Part shown: positions 39,103 through 48,938 of the stretch, one piece after another
How positions within the stretch are numbered: the first letter of the stretch is position 1
Layout: each line of letters begins with the position of its first letter
Source: Clostridium sp.
GTDB lineage: Bacteria; Bacillota; Clostridia; Clostridiales; Clostridiaceae
DNA length: 64,000 nucleotides
Direction: 5' to 3'
Assembly: GCA_028692255.1 (NCBI GenBank)
Contig: JAQUXS010000001.1
Span: 38,229-102,228, forward strand
Translations under genes and position numbers: made by a program
The notes under the pieces: generated by a model
Database searches by the model: none
Told to the model about the DNA's origin: nothing
The model's input: only the letters and a program-made list of their open reading frames with translations

Positions 39103-39796
39103 TGGTATCACCTCCGCCATTTGAAATCATATGGCCGTCTTTTATTTGAATTCTTCTTTGAGCTTCTTTTGCTATTGAAAGGTCATGGGTTATAAGTATT
39201 ATTGTCCTTCCATTTTGATTAAGAGTCTGCAAAAGAGCGAGAATTTCTTTACCTGTTTTACTGTCAAGAGCACCTGTTGGTTCATCTGCCATTATTACAG
39301 AAGGATTTGTTGCAAGAGCTCTTGCAATAGCAACTCTTTGCTGCTGACCACCAGAAAGTTCACTGGGTTTATGGTGAAGTCTATTAGACAGACCAACTTG
39401 GCTTAAGGCTTCTTTAATCCTTGTTTCTCTTTCTTTATTGTCTAAGCCCATATACAAAAGAGGAATTTCTATATTTTCATAAATGTTTAATTTTGTAAGA
39501 AGGTTATATCGTTGAAATATAAAACCTATTTTTTTATTCCTTATTTCAGCTAGCTCATTGTCATTTAAAGATTCAACTTCACTTCCATCAAGGATGTAAG
39601 TGCCTGAAGTTGGGGTATCAAGACATCCTAATATGTTCATAAGTGTTGATTTGCCAGAGCCGGAGGGACCAACTATTGCAACAAATTCACCCTCCTTTAT
39701 TTCAAGAGAAACATCATTTAAAGCATAAACATTTTCGCTGCCCATTTTGTATATTTTGTTTAAATTTTTTATTTCAATAATATTGGAGTCTTTCAT
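39080..39796 (-). CDS. MacB/YknY-like ABC ATPase
   Basis: GPSGSGKST, LSGGQQQR, DEPTGALD. Confidence 0.95.
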   Translation of the reverse strand: MKDSNIIEIKNLNKIYKMGSENVYALNDVSLEIKEGEFVAIVGPSGSGKSTLMNILGCLDTPTSGTYILDGSEVESLNDNELAEIRNKKIGFIFQRYNLLTKLNIYENIEIPLLYMGLDNKERETRIKEALSQVGLSNRLHHKPSELSGGQQQRVAIARALATNPSVIMADEPTGALDSKTGKEILALLQTLNQNGRTIILITHDLSIAKEAQRRIQIKDGHMISNGGGDTIECNSVI

Positions 39797-41124
39797 TATC
39801 TGTTTCCACCTCCAAATCCAGAGCCACCCATTCCTCCTGAGAAACTAGAGCCACCACCATATCCAGATTTACCTGAAGCTGAACCAGACTTGCCTGAAGT
39901 AGTAGATGATACATTTGGAAGTTTTACTAATACAGATTGACCATCTGCAGCGCCACTTGTGATTTCCACATCAGTTTGATTAGTAAGACCTGTTTGAACT
40001 TCAACAAGTTTTCCAGAAGAATTAGAGGCATTGCCGCTAGAAGAACTATTTTTTCTTGAGTAACTATTTTGTTTTGAAGAGCTATTTGCTTCAAGTATAT
40101 ATTTTTTACCGTTTATAGTTTGTATGGCTTCTGAAGGCACCATAAGAGCGTTATCTTTGCTTTGAACATTTATTGTAACATTAGCATTCATTCCCAGTTT
40201 AATTTGAGAAGGATTATTTATACTTACTAGTACATTGTAAGTTGTTACATTATTTGATGTTGTTCCATTATCGGGTATGCTTGTTACTGAACCTGTAAAA
40301 GTTTTACCTTTTATATCGTCAAAACTTATACTAACGCTTTGCCCAACTTGTACCTTTGAAATGTCAAGCTCGTCTATAGGAACTTGAAGCTGTAGATTAC
40401 TCAAATCTTCAATTGTTCCAAGTACTTTTCCACTTTGAACGGTGTCACCATTTTGATTTGAAACATTTTCAAAAGTTCCGCTTATTGGTGCAACAATAGT
40501 TTGACTACTTTGAGTGGAAAGATCATTGTTTAAAGTGTTTTGAGCTTGCTGAATATTTATATTTTGGTTTGCAATATTATTATTTTGCGTATTAGTATCA
40601 TTGTTTAAAGTACTTTGAGCTTGTGAAACAGCTATGTTGTCACTATCAATAGTAGATTGACTTGTTTTAGCATTTGCTGAATCTTCTGAAAGCTTTTGCT
40701 GTGATTCAGTTATTTTTGCTTGATCGTTTTGAACTTGTGAAGATCCTTGATTTTGGGTTTGAGATAACTGTTGTTTTGCCTGGTTAAGTTTAAGTGTATC
40801 AATATTTATTTGAGATGCTAGGTTAGGTGCTACAACATTTGCAATAGTTGTACCCTTTGTAATTATGCTTCCAGTAGATACTGAAAAATTTGCCAAAGCT
40901 CCGTTATTTGGTATTACAATATCTTTTGTAGAAGCTGATGAAACTGTACCTGTGCCTGTAACGGTAACATTCATCGTGCCTTTTGTTACTTTTTCTGTAA
41001 TAAACTTATTTTGAGATGTAGTTTTAGACTTAAATTTTGTGATATATAAAATGTAACTGCCAGTAGCTACTACTACAACGATAATTACAGAAGTAACCAA
41101 TTTTTTAATTGAAGCTTTATTCAT
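39796..41124 (-). CDS. Membrane fusion/adaptor protein (MacA/YknX-like)
   Basis: N-terminal TM, coiled coil, APISG, IDELDI, Gly/Ser-rich tail. Confidence 0.88.
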   Translation of the reverse strand: MNKASIKKLVTSVIIVVVVATGSYILYITKFKSKTTSQNKFITEKVTKGTMNVTVTGTGTVSSASTKDIVIPNNGALANFSVSTGSIITKGTTIANVVAPNLASQINIDTLKLNQAKQQLSQTQNQGSSQVQNDQAKITESQQKLSEDSANAKTSQSTIDSDNIAVSQAQSTLNNDTNTQNNNIANQNINIQQAQNTLNNDLSTQSSQTIVAPISGTFENVSNQNGDTVQSGKVLGTIEDLSNLQLQVPIDELDISKVQVGQSVSISFDDIKGKTFTGSVTSIPDNGTTSNNVTTYNVLVSINNPSQIKLGMNANVTINVQSKDNALMVPSEAIQTINGKKYILEANSSSKQNSYSRKNSSSSGNASNSSGKLVEVQTGLTNQTDVEITSGAADGQSVLVKLPNVSSTTSGKSGSASGKSGYGGGSSFSGGMGGSGFGGGNR

Positions 41125-41185
41125 AATAAATTCCTCCCAGGTTTAGTAGTTGCGTTAATAAATTAATTACATAGTAACTTGGGTT

Positions 41186-41213
41186 TGTTACAGCTTTATG
41201 ACAAACATGTGAA
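41186..41213 (-). promoter_or_regulatory. Three OmpR/PhoP-type direct repeats at 11-bp period
   Basis: Minus strand TTCACA-N5-GTCATA-N5-GTAACA ending 9 nt before TACTAT (-10). Confidence 0.55.
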
Positions 41214-41355
41214 TAAAAATAATTATGATATTTTAATAAGTTTAATATTGGTTATAATATAAAATTGTCAAACTATTGAGTAAAGATTGGAGATAATAAT
41301 TACCTAATTGCTTAACTGAAAAACAATACATATAAAGTAAAATATTCCAATTAAC

Positions 41356-41414
41356 TTGACTAAATTTATAAACAAATATATACTTTGATTATCAAAATAT
41401 TTGATAATCAATAT
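41356..41414 (+). promoter_or_regulatory. fab operon promoter with tandem FabT-type operators
   Basis: TTGACT-17-TATACT; palindromes ACTTTGATTATCAAAAT (41382-41398) and TATTTGATAATCAATAT (41398-41414). Confidence 0.75.
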
Positions 41415-41446
41415 ATCAAAAAATAAAGGAAGAGGATGAGATTAAA

Positions 41447-42520
41447 ATGAGGATACCCCCTCTAGTAATAGGAGATTTAAAAGCGGAAGTTCCAATAATA
41501 CAAGGCGGAATGGGAGTTGGAATATCAAGATCATCTCTTGCAGCAAGCGTTGCAAATTGCGGTGGAATTGGAGTTATATCATCTGTTCAAATTGGATTTG
41601 ATGAACCTAGTTTTAATAAAGATCCTATGGAAGCTAATAATATAGCACTTAGAAGACATATAAGAAGAGCGAAAGAACTTAGCCCTAATGGTATTATAGG
41701 GCTTAATATAATGGTAGCAGTTAATAATTATGACATTACTGCAAAAATAGCAGTAGAAGAAGGAATAGATCTTATTATATCTGGAGCTGGATTGCCATTG
41801 ACACTTCCAGGACTTGTAGAAGGTTCAAACACTAAGATTGCACCTATTGTTTCTTCTGGTAAGGCAGCACATGTAATATGCAAAATGTGGGATAGAAAGC
41901 ATAATAGAATACCTGACCTTGTTGTAATTGAAGGACCTAAAGCAGGTGGACATTTAGGATATTCCCTTGAAGAACTCAAAGATATTAAAAACATTGATCT
42001 TACAAGTATATTTAAGGATGTTTCAGAAGCCATTAAACCATATGAGGAAAAATATAATAAAAAAATACCTATTGTAGTAGGTGGCGGAGTTTATGACGGA
42101 AAAGATATGGCTAAGTGGCTTAAAATAGGAGCATCAGGAGTTCAAATAGCAACTAGATTTATTGCAACAGAAGAATGCGATGCAGATATAAAATATAAGG
42201 AACAGTATATAAAATGCAATGAGGATGATATTGAAATTGTTGTGAGTCCAGTTGGAATGCCAGGAAGAGCAATAAAGAATAAATTTATGGAAGAAGTAAA
42301 AAAGGGAAAACAGAAAATAGACAGATGCTATAATTGTTTAAAACCATGTAATCCTAAAGATACTCCATATTGTATATCTAAGGCATTAATAAATGCAGTA
42401 AAGGGCAATGTGGATGATGGACTCCTCTTTACAGGAAGTAATGCGTACAGAATTAAAAAAATTGTAAAAGTAAAAGATCTTATAAATGAAATTATGAGTG
42501 AATGTAAAGATGAGATGTAA
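41447..42520 (+). CDS. Nitronate monooxygenase-family flavoprotein, FabX-like
   Basis: PIIQGGMG, EGPKAGGH, SPVGMPGRA, C-terminal CYNCLKPC...YC. Confidence 0.8.
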   Translation: MRIPPLVIGDLKAEVPIIQGGMGVGISRSSLAASVANCGGIGVISSVQIGFDEPSFNKDPMEANNIALRRHIRRAKELSPNGIIGLNIMVAVNNYDITAKIAVEEGIDLIISGAGLPLTLPGLVEGSNTKIAPIVSSGKAAHVICKMWDRKHNRIPDLVVIEGPKAGGHLGYSLEELKDIKNIDLTSIFKDVSEAIKPYEEKYNKKIPIVVGGGVYDGKDMAKWLKIGASGVQIATRFIATEECDADIKYKEQYIKCNEDDIEIVVSPVGMPGRAIKNKFMEEVKKGKQKIDRCYNCLKPCNPKDTPYCISKALINAVKGNVDDGLLFTGSNAYRIKKIVKVKDLINEIMSECKDEM

Positions 42521-42567
42521 TTTTACCTTTTTTATTATCTGATAAAATTTATAAAAGAGGTGTTTTT

Positions 42568-43011
42568 TTGAAACGTACACTAAATGTTATGAATGAACTT
42601 TTAGTAGATCTTTTTAATGATATTTTGACCATAGAGCAAAATACATTGAAAAAAGGTATTTTTAATGATCTTTCAATTACAGAAATGCATACCATTGAAG
42701 CTATTGGTATGTACGATTCTAAAACTATGTCTCAGGTAGCAAAGAATCTTGGCATTACAGTAGGAACTCTCACTAAGGCTATAAAGAATTTAGTTAAAAA
42801 AAACTATGTTCAAAGAAAAAGGGGAGAGCAAGACAGAAGGACTGTTAATCTAATTCTTACGAAACGAGGAAAAGTTGCGTATAGGATGCATTCAAGGTTT
42901 CATAGAGATATGATAAGAGCTACTATTGAAGACATGACAGAGGAAGAGGAACAAGTTATGTTAAAGGCTCTTGATAAATTAAATATGTTTTTTAGAAAAA
43001 ATATAAATTAG
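42568..43011 (+). CDS. fabT: MarR-family fatty-acid biosynthesis repressor
   Basis: LFNDILTIEQ, LSITEMHTIEAIG, DRR; position directly before fabH. Confidence 0.85.
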   Translation: MKRTLNVMNELLVDLFNDILTIEQNTLKKGIFNDLSITEMHTIEAIGMYDSKTMSQVAKNLGITVGTLTKAIKNLVKKNYVQRKRGEQDRRTVNLILTKRGKVAYRMHSRFHRDMIRATIEDMTEEEEQVMLKALDKLNMFFRKNIN

Positions 43012-43043
43012 AAATAAAAAAAGGCTTAGAGGAAAGTGATTAA

Positions 43044-44021
43044 ATGAATAACGTAAAAATAATAGGAATGGGCAGTTATACTCCCAGTAATGTAATAGAC
43101 AATTTTAAACTTTCAGAGATAGTTGATACAAGTGATGAATGGATTTCAACTAGAACAGGTATAAAAGAAAGAAGAATAACAACAGGTGAAGATACTTCAA
43201 GCCTATCAGCTAAAGCTTCTTTAAAAGCTATAGAAGATGCAGGTATTGATCCACTTGATATTGACATGATAATACTTGCAACAACTTCTCCAGATTCATT
43301 TACGCCGTCTACTGCTTGTCTAGTTCAAGGTATAATAGGTGCTAAAAATGCTACTTGTTTTGATATAGGAGCAGCTTGTTCTGGATTTATATATGGACTT
43401 AATATAGGAACTCAGTTCGTTAAAACAGGGAGTGCAAAAACAGTACTTGTTATAGGAGCTGAGGTATTGTCAAAAATACTTGATTGGGAAGATAGAACAA
43501 CTTGTGTTTTATTTGGAGATGGAGCAGGAGCTGCAATTATACAGGCTTCAAATGAAAACAGTATAGTATCTATTTTTACTGGATCAAATGGAGAAAAAGC
43601 AAGATTTTTAACTTGTCCTGCAGTTGAAGTGAAAAATCCTTTTACAGAGGATAAAGAAAAATTAAAACAAGTCATTTCAATGAATGGTAAAGAGATATTT
43701 AGATTTGCCACTACTGTCATGCCTAAAGCTATAGATAAAGTTTTAAATGATGCAAAATGTACTATTGAAGATATAAAATATATTATCCCTCATCAAGCAA
43801 ATCTTAGGATAATTGATTTCGTTGCTAAAAAGCTTAAAATAGATGAAAAAAAGTTTTATGTAAATTTAGATAAGTATGGAAACACATCTGCTGCTAGTAT
43901 ACCAATTGCATTGGATGAAATGGATAAAAAAGGTCTTTTAAATAATGGAGATAAAATAGTACTTGTTGGTTTTGGTGGAGGTTTAACCTTCGGATCAATA
44001 TTAATAGAATGGCACAAGTAA
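43044..44021 (+). CDS. fabH: 3-oxoacyl-ACP synthase III
   Basis: AACSGF, PHQAN, GNTSAAS. Confidence 0.97.
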   Translation: MNNVKIIGMGSYTPSNVIDNFKLSEIVDTSDEWISTRTGIKERRITTGEDTSSLSAKASLKAIEDAGIDPLDIDMIILATTSPDSFTPSTACLVQGIIGAKNATCFDIGAACSGFIYGLNIGTQFVKTGSAKTVLVIGAEVLSKILDWEDRTTCVLFGDGAGAAIIQASNENSIVSIFTGSNGEKARFLTCPAVEVKNPFTEDKEKLKQVISMNGKEIFRFATTVMPKAIDKVLNDAKCTIEDIKYIIPHQANLRIIDFVAKKLKIDEKKFYVNLDKYGNTSAASIPIALDEMDKKGLLNNGDKIVLVGFGGGLTFGSILIEWHK

Positions 44022-44041
44022 TATAATATTAGGAGGAAATT

Positions 44042-44980
44042 ATGATTAAATCTAGACTTTGTGAAACAATAGGAATAAAATATCCAATTATCCAAGGAGC
44101 AATGGCATGGATAGCTGACAGCTCACTTGCATCTGCTGTTTCAAATGCAGGAGGACTTGGAATAATAGCTGCTGCAAATGCACCTGTAGATTATATAAGA
44201 GATGAAATTAGAAAAGCTAAGGAACTTACTGATAAACCATTTGGTGTAAACATAATGCTTTTAAGTGACAATGCAGATGAAGTTGCTAAAATGGTATGTG
44301 AAGAAGGAGTAAAAGTAGTAACAACAGGTGCAGGGAATCCAGGTAAATACATAGAAATGTGGAAAGAACATGGTATAACAGTAATTCCTGTAGTTGCATC
44401 TGCAGCTCTTGCAAGGAGAATGGAAAGAAGCGGGGTTGATGCTGTTATTGCAGAGGGATGTGAGTCAGGAGGACACGTTGGAGAATTGACTACTATGGTT
44501 CTTGTACCACAAGTTGTTGATGCAGTTAATATACCAGTAGTAGCGGCAGGTGGTATTGCAGATGGAAGAGGAATATCAGCTGCACTTATGCTTGGTGCAT
44601 GTGCAGTGCAAGTAGGTACTAGATTTTTGGTAGCTGATGAATGTACAGTACATGATAATTATAAGGATAGAGTTATAAAGGCAAGTGATATAGATACAGT
44701 TGTAACTGGAAGAGCTACGGGACATCCAGTTAGAGTACTTAGAAACAAGCTCACAAGAAAATTCCAAATTCTCGAAAAACAAGGAGCTTCAGTTGAAGAA
44801 TTTGAGGAACTTGGAAGAGGAGCACTTCCTAAAGCAGCTAAAGAAGGGGACATCATGAATGGTTCTGTTATGGCAGGTCAAATTGCAGGACTTGTTTCAA
44901 AAAAACAGAGCTGCAGTGAAATAATAGCTGAAATGTTCTCTGAGGCAGAAAACATTTTAAATGAGAAGAGAATGCTTTAA
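44042..44980 (+). CDS. fabK: Enoyl-ACP reductase II
   Basis: YPIIQGAMAW, EGCESGGH, GHPVR, MAGQIAG. Confidence 0.93.
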   Translation: MIKSRLCETIGIKYPIIQGAMAWIADSSLASAVSNAGGLGIIAAANAPVDYIRDEIRKAKELTDKPFGVNIMLLSDNADEVAKMVCEEGVKVVTTGAGNPGKYIEMWKEHGITVIPVVASAALARRMERSGVDAVIAEGCESGGHVGELTTMVLVPQVVDAVNIPVVAAGGIADGRGISAALMLGACAVQVGTRFLVADECTVHDNYKDRVIKASDIDTVVTGRATGHPVRVLRNKLTRKFQILEKQGASVEEFEELGRGALPKAAKEGDIMNGSVMAGQIAGLVSKKQSCSEIIAEMFSEAENILNEKRML

Positions 44981-45009
44981 TAATATATTTTTAGAGGTGA
45001 AGAAAAGTT

Positions 45010-45951
45010 ATGCCAAAAACAGCATTTTTATTTTCAGGTCAAGGTGCTCAATATGTAGGTATGGGCAAGGAATTATATGATAATTTTAAAGAAGCAGAGG
45101 AAATATATAAAAGGGCAGATAATGCCATTGGATTTAGCTTAAGTGAACTGTGCTTTAATGGTGATAAAGAAGAACTTAATAAAACTGAAAACACACAGCC
45201 AGCTATTTTAACTACAAGCATGGCAGCACTTAAAGTTCTAAGTAAAGAAGGAATACATGCAGATGTTGCTGCCGGACTTAGTCTTGGCGAATATAGTGCA
45301 CTTACTTTTAGTGGTGTTTTTAACTTTGAAGATGTAGTTAAATTAGTTAAAAAAAGAGGACGATTTATGCAGGAGGCTGTTCCAGAAGGAATAGGTGCAA
45401 TGGCTGCAGTCCTAGGGTTACCTAATGATAAGGTTATAGAAATATGTAAAGAGGCAAGTCCTTTTGGTATAGTTGAACCTACTAATTTTAATTGCACTGG
45501 TCAAGTTGCTATAGCAGGTGAAAAGAAAGCAGTAAATAAAGCTTCAGAACTAATGAAAAGGGCAGGCGCTAGAAGAGTAGTTGAACTTAAAGTAAGTGGA
45601 CCTTTTCACACATCAATGCTCAAACCTGCTTCAGATAATCTTAAAGTGGAACTTGAAGGTGTTAAAATAAATGATCTTAAAGTACCTGTTATTACAAATG
45701 TAACAGCAGACTATATAAAATCAAAAGATGAAGTAAAGGGGCTTCTTGTTAAACAAGTGATGAACAGTGTTTATTGGGAACAAACTATAAGAAGAATGAT
45801 AGATGATGGAGTTAGTACATTTGTTGAACTTGGACCAGGAAGAACACTTTGTAATTTTGTAAAGAAAATAGATAGAAATTCAAATATATTTAATGTAGAA
45901 GATATTCAAAGTTTTAATAATTGCATTGAGGGATTAAAAAATTTAAAATAG
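45010..45951 (+). CDS. fabD: Malonyl-CoA:ACP transacylase
   Basis: GQGAQ, TQPA, GLSLGEY, SGPFH. Confidence 0.96.
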   Translation: MPKTAFLFSGQGAQYVGMGKELYDNFKEAEEIYKRADNAIGFSLSELCFNGDKEELNKTENTQPAILTTSMAALKVLSKEGIHADVAAGLSLGEYSALTFSGVFNFEDVVKLVKKRGRFMQEAVPEGIGAMAAVLGLPNDKVIEICKEASPFGIVEPTNFNCTGQVAIAGEKKAVNKASELMKRAGARRVVELKVSGPFHTSMLKPASDNLKVELEGVKINDLKVPVITNVTADYIKSKDEVKGLLVKQVMNSVYWEQTIRRMIDDGVSTFVELGPGRTLCNFVKKIDRNSNIFNVEDIQSFNNCIEGLKNLK

Positions 45952-45969
45952 TAAATGGAGGTATTAATT

Positions 45970-46716
45970 ATGGATGGTATCTGTCTTAAAGGAAAAACTG
46001 CAGTAGTTACTGGTGCAAGCAGGGGAATTGGAAAAGAAATAGCACTTCTTCTCGCAGAGTTTGGTGCCAATATAGTGGTTAATTATAGAAGTACACCTGT
46101 AGATGAACTTATAAGTGAGATAGAAGAAAAAGGAGTAAAAGCTATTGCTGTAAAAGCAGATGTCAGTGTGTTTGATGAAGCTGAAAAACTCATTAAAAGT
46201 GCAAAAGAAGAATTTGGAACAGTGGATATACTTGTTAACAATGCAGGAATAACTAAAGATGGTCTTGTCTTAAGAATGAAAGAAGAAGACTTCGATAAAG
46301 TTATTAATGTAAATTTAAAGGGCGCTTTTAACACAATAAGGCACGCTTGTGGTATAATGCTTAAACAAAGGCAAGGAAGAATAATAAATATAAGTTCTGT
46401 AGTTGGAATCACAGGAAATGCAGGCCAAATTAATTATGCAGCTGCAAAAGCTGGAATTATAGGCATGACTAAGACTTGTGCAAGAGAATTTGGTTCAAGA
46501 GGAATAACAGTAAATGCAGTTGCACCAGGATTTATTAAAACTGATATGAGTGATGTTTTAAACGATAAACAGAAAGAAGCTTTGGTTAGCAATATACCTC
46601 TTAAAAAGGAAGGCTGCACTGAAGATGTTGCAAATCTTGTAGCATTTTTAGCATCAGATATGTCATCTTATATAACAGGTCAAGTTATAAATGTTGATGG
46701 CGGAATGGCTATGTAA
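45970..46716 (+). CDS. fabG: 3-oxoacyl-ACP reductase
   Basis: TGASRGIG, NNAG, YAAAK. Confidence 0.96.
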   Translation: MDGICLKGKTAVVTGASRGIGKEIALLLAEFGANIVVNYRSTPVDELISEIEEKGVKAIAVKADVSVFDEAEKLIKSAKEEFGTVDILVNNAGITKDGLVLRMKEEDFDKVINVNLKGAFNTIRHACGIMLKQRQGRIINISSVVGITGNAGQINYAAAKAGIIGMTKTCAREFGSRGITVNAVAPGFIKTDMSDVLNDKQKEALVSNIPLKKEGCTEDVANLVAFLASDMSSYITGQVINVDGGMAM

Positions 46717-46745
46717 TTAATGATTAAAAAAGGTAGGGAAAATGT

Positions 46746-47993
46746 ATGAGTATGAATAGAAGAGTAGTAATTACTGGAATGGGGGCAGTTACTCCAGTTG
46801 GTAATAATGTAGCTGATTTTTGGAATTCAATTTCAAACGGAAAAGTTGGGATAGATTTTATAAAAGCTTTTGACAATACAGACTTTAAAGCAAAACTTGC
46901 AGCTGAAGTTAAAGACTTTGATCCTGAAGAATATCTTGATAGAAAAGAAGCAAAGAGAATGGATAGGTTCTGTCAATTGGCTATTGCATCTTCACAGCAG
47001 GCAGTTGATGATTCAAAACTAAATTTTGAAGATGAAAATATGGATAGAGTTGGAGTTATTCTAGGTTGCGGTATTGGTGGAATAGGAACTATAGAAACTC
47101 AAGTTAAAAAGCTTAATGAAAAAGGACCAAATAGGGTTACACCAATGCTTATTCCAATGATAATAAGCAATATGGCTTCTGGTAATATTGCGATAAGATA
47201 TGGTGCAAAGGGAATTTGCACAACAATAGTTACAGCATGTGCATCTTCAAACAATGCAATTGGAGAGTCTTTTCAAAAGATAAAGACTAATCAAGCAGAT
47301 ATAATGTTTTCAGGTGGAACAGAAGCAGCGGTTACCCCTATATCAATAGCTGGATTTGCATCTTTAACAACACTAAGTAAAAGTACAGATCCTAAGAGAG
47401 CTTCAATACCATTTGATGCTGAAAGAAACGGTTTTGTAATGGGTGAAGGTTCAGCAGTTTTAATATTAGAAGAATATGAACATGCAATAAAGAGAAACGC
47501 AAAAATATATGCAGAAGTAGTTGGATATGGTGCAACTTGCGATGCTTACCACATAACAGCTCCATCACCAGATGGTGAAGGTGGTGCAAAAGCAATTCTT
47601 ATGTCAATTGAAGATGCAGGCATAAAGCCAAGTGATGTTTCTTATATAAATGCTCATGGAACAAGTACTCAAGCAAATGATTCAACTGAAACAAATGCAA
47701 TTAAAGAGGTATTCAAAGAAGATGCTTATAAAATACCAATAAGTTCAACGAAATCAATGACAGGTCACCTTCTTGGAGCGGCAGGAGCTATTGAAGCTGT
47801 TATATGTGTAAAAGCACTTCAAGATGGATTTATACCACCAACAGCAGGACTTGAAGTTAAAGACCCTGAATGTGATCTTGATTATGTTCCTAAAGTTGGT
47901 AGAAAAGCAGATCTTAAGTATGCACTTTCAAATTCCCTTGGATTTGGGGGACATAATGCATCTATATTATTGAAAAAGTGGAGTGGGAGGTAG
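46746..47993 (+). CDS. fabF: 3-oxoacyl-ACP synthase II
   Basis: TACAS, NAHGTST, GHLLGAAG, SLGFGG. Confidence 0.97.
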   Translation: MSMNRRVVITGMGAVTPVGNNVADFWNSISNGKVGIDFIKAFDNTDFKAKLAAEVKDFDPEEYLDRKEAKRMDRFCQLAIASSQQAVDDSKLNFEDENMDRVGVILGCGIGGIGTIETQVKKLNEKGPNRVTPMLIPMIISNMASGNIAIRYGAKGICTTIVTACASSNNAIGESFQKIKTNQADIMFSGGTEAAVTPISIAGFASLTTLSKSTDPKRASIPFDAERNGFVMGEGSAVLILEEYEHAIKRNAKIYAEVVGYGATCDAYHITAPSPDGEGGAKAILMSIEDAGIKPSDVSYINAHGTSTQANDSTETNAIKEVFKEDAYKIPISSTKSMTGHLLGAAGAIEAVICVKALQDGFIPPTAGLEVKDPECDLDYVPKVGRKADLKYALSNSLGFGGHNASILLKKWSGR

Positions 47994-48001
47994 TCTAAAA
48001 A

Positions 48002-48463
48002 ATGGATTATAAAAATATAGAACATCTTATTAAAACAGTAGGTGACTCAGAACTTACATATTTTAATATAGAAACAGAGGGCATTAACATTACAATGAAA
48101 AAGGGCAGTGAAACTAATAGTACTGAAGTGGTACCTACTGAAAATGTAACTAAAGAATTAAAAAAAGCTGTTAAGCAGGAAAATAAACAGAATGAAGATA
48201 ATGAAATTACTGAGGACAGTAATGTAAAAACTGTAACTTCACCTATAGTTGGAACTTTTTATGGCTCATCAGACCCTAAAGAAAAATCTTTCGTAAGTGT
48301 TGGAAGTAAGGTTAAAAAAGGCGATACACTTTGTATTATTGAAGCAATGAAACTTATGAATGAGATTGAATCAGACTTTGACGGAGAAGTTGTAGAAGTT
48401 ATTGCTAAAAATGAACAGATGATACAATATGGAGAGCCACTATTTAAAATAAAGTGTAATTAG
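48002..48463 (+). CDS. accB: Biotin carboxyl carrier protein
   Basis: SPIVGTFY, EAMKLMNE. Confidence 0.96.
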   Translation: MDYKNIEHLIKTVGDSELTYFNIETEGINITMKKGSETNSTEVVPTENVTKELKKAVKQENKQNEDNEITEDSNVKTVTSPIVGTFYGSSDPKEKSFVSVGSKVKKGDTLCIIEAMKLMNEIESDFDGEVVEVIAKNEQMIQYGEPLFKIKCN

Positions 48464-48488
48464 TTAAGGTAATTGTGGAGGTAATGTA

Positions 48489-48914
48489 ATGAGTTTAAAT
48501 GTAGAACAGATAATGGAAATAATACCACATAGATATCCTATGCTCTTAATAGATAGAGTTTTAGAAATGGAACCTGGAAAAAGAGCAGTAGGACGTAAAA
48601 ATGTAACTATGAATGAATCATTTTTTAATGGACATTTCCCAGGAAAGCCTATAATGCCAGGTGTGTTAATTGTTGAGGCTATGGCACAGCTGGGAGCTGT
48701 TTCGCTTTTAAGTATGGATAAATTTAAGGGTAAGACACCTCTTTTTGGTGGCATAAAAATGGCAAAATTCAGAGGAATGGTTACTCCAGGAGATACTCTT
48801 GAACTTGAAATAGAAATAGTTAAAATAAAGGGACCAGCAGGCATAGGTAAGGGAACAGCTAAGGTAGATGGAAAGATAGCAGCACAAGCTGAACTTACTT
48901 TTATGCTATTATAG
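48489..48914 (+). CDS. fabZ: 3-hydroxyacyl-ACP dehydratase
   Basis: PHRYP, GHFP, PGVLIVEAMAQ. Confidence 0.96.
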   Translation: MSLNVEQIMEIIPHRYPMLLIDRVLEMEPGKRAVGRKNVTMNESFFNGHFPGKPIMPGVLIVEAMAQLGAVSLLSMDKFKGKTPLFGGIKMAKFRGMVTPGDTLELEIEIVKIKGPAGIGKGTAKVDGKIAAQAELTFMLL

Positions 48915-48938
48915 TTTTATAATGGAGGTAACAATGAT

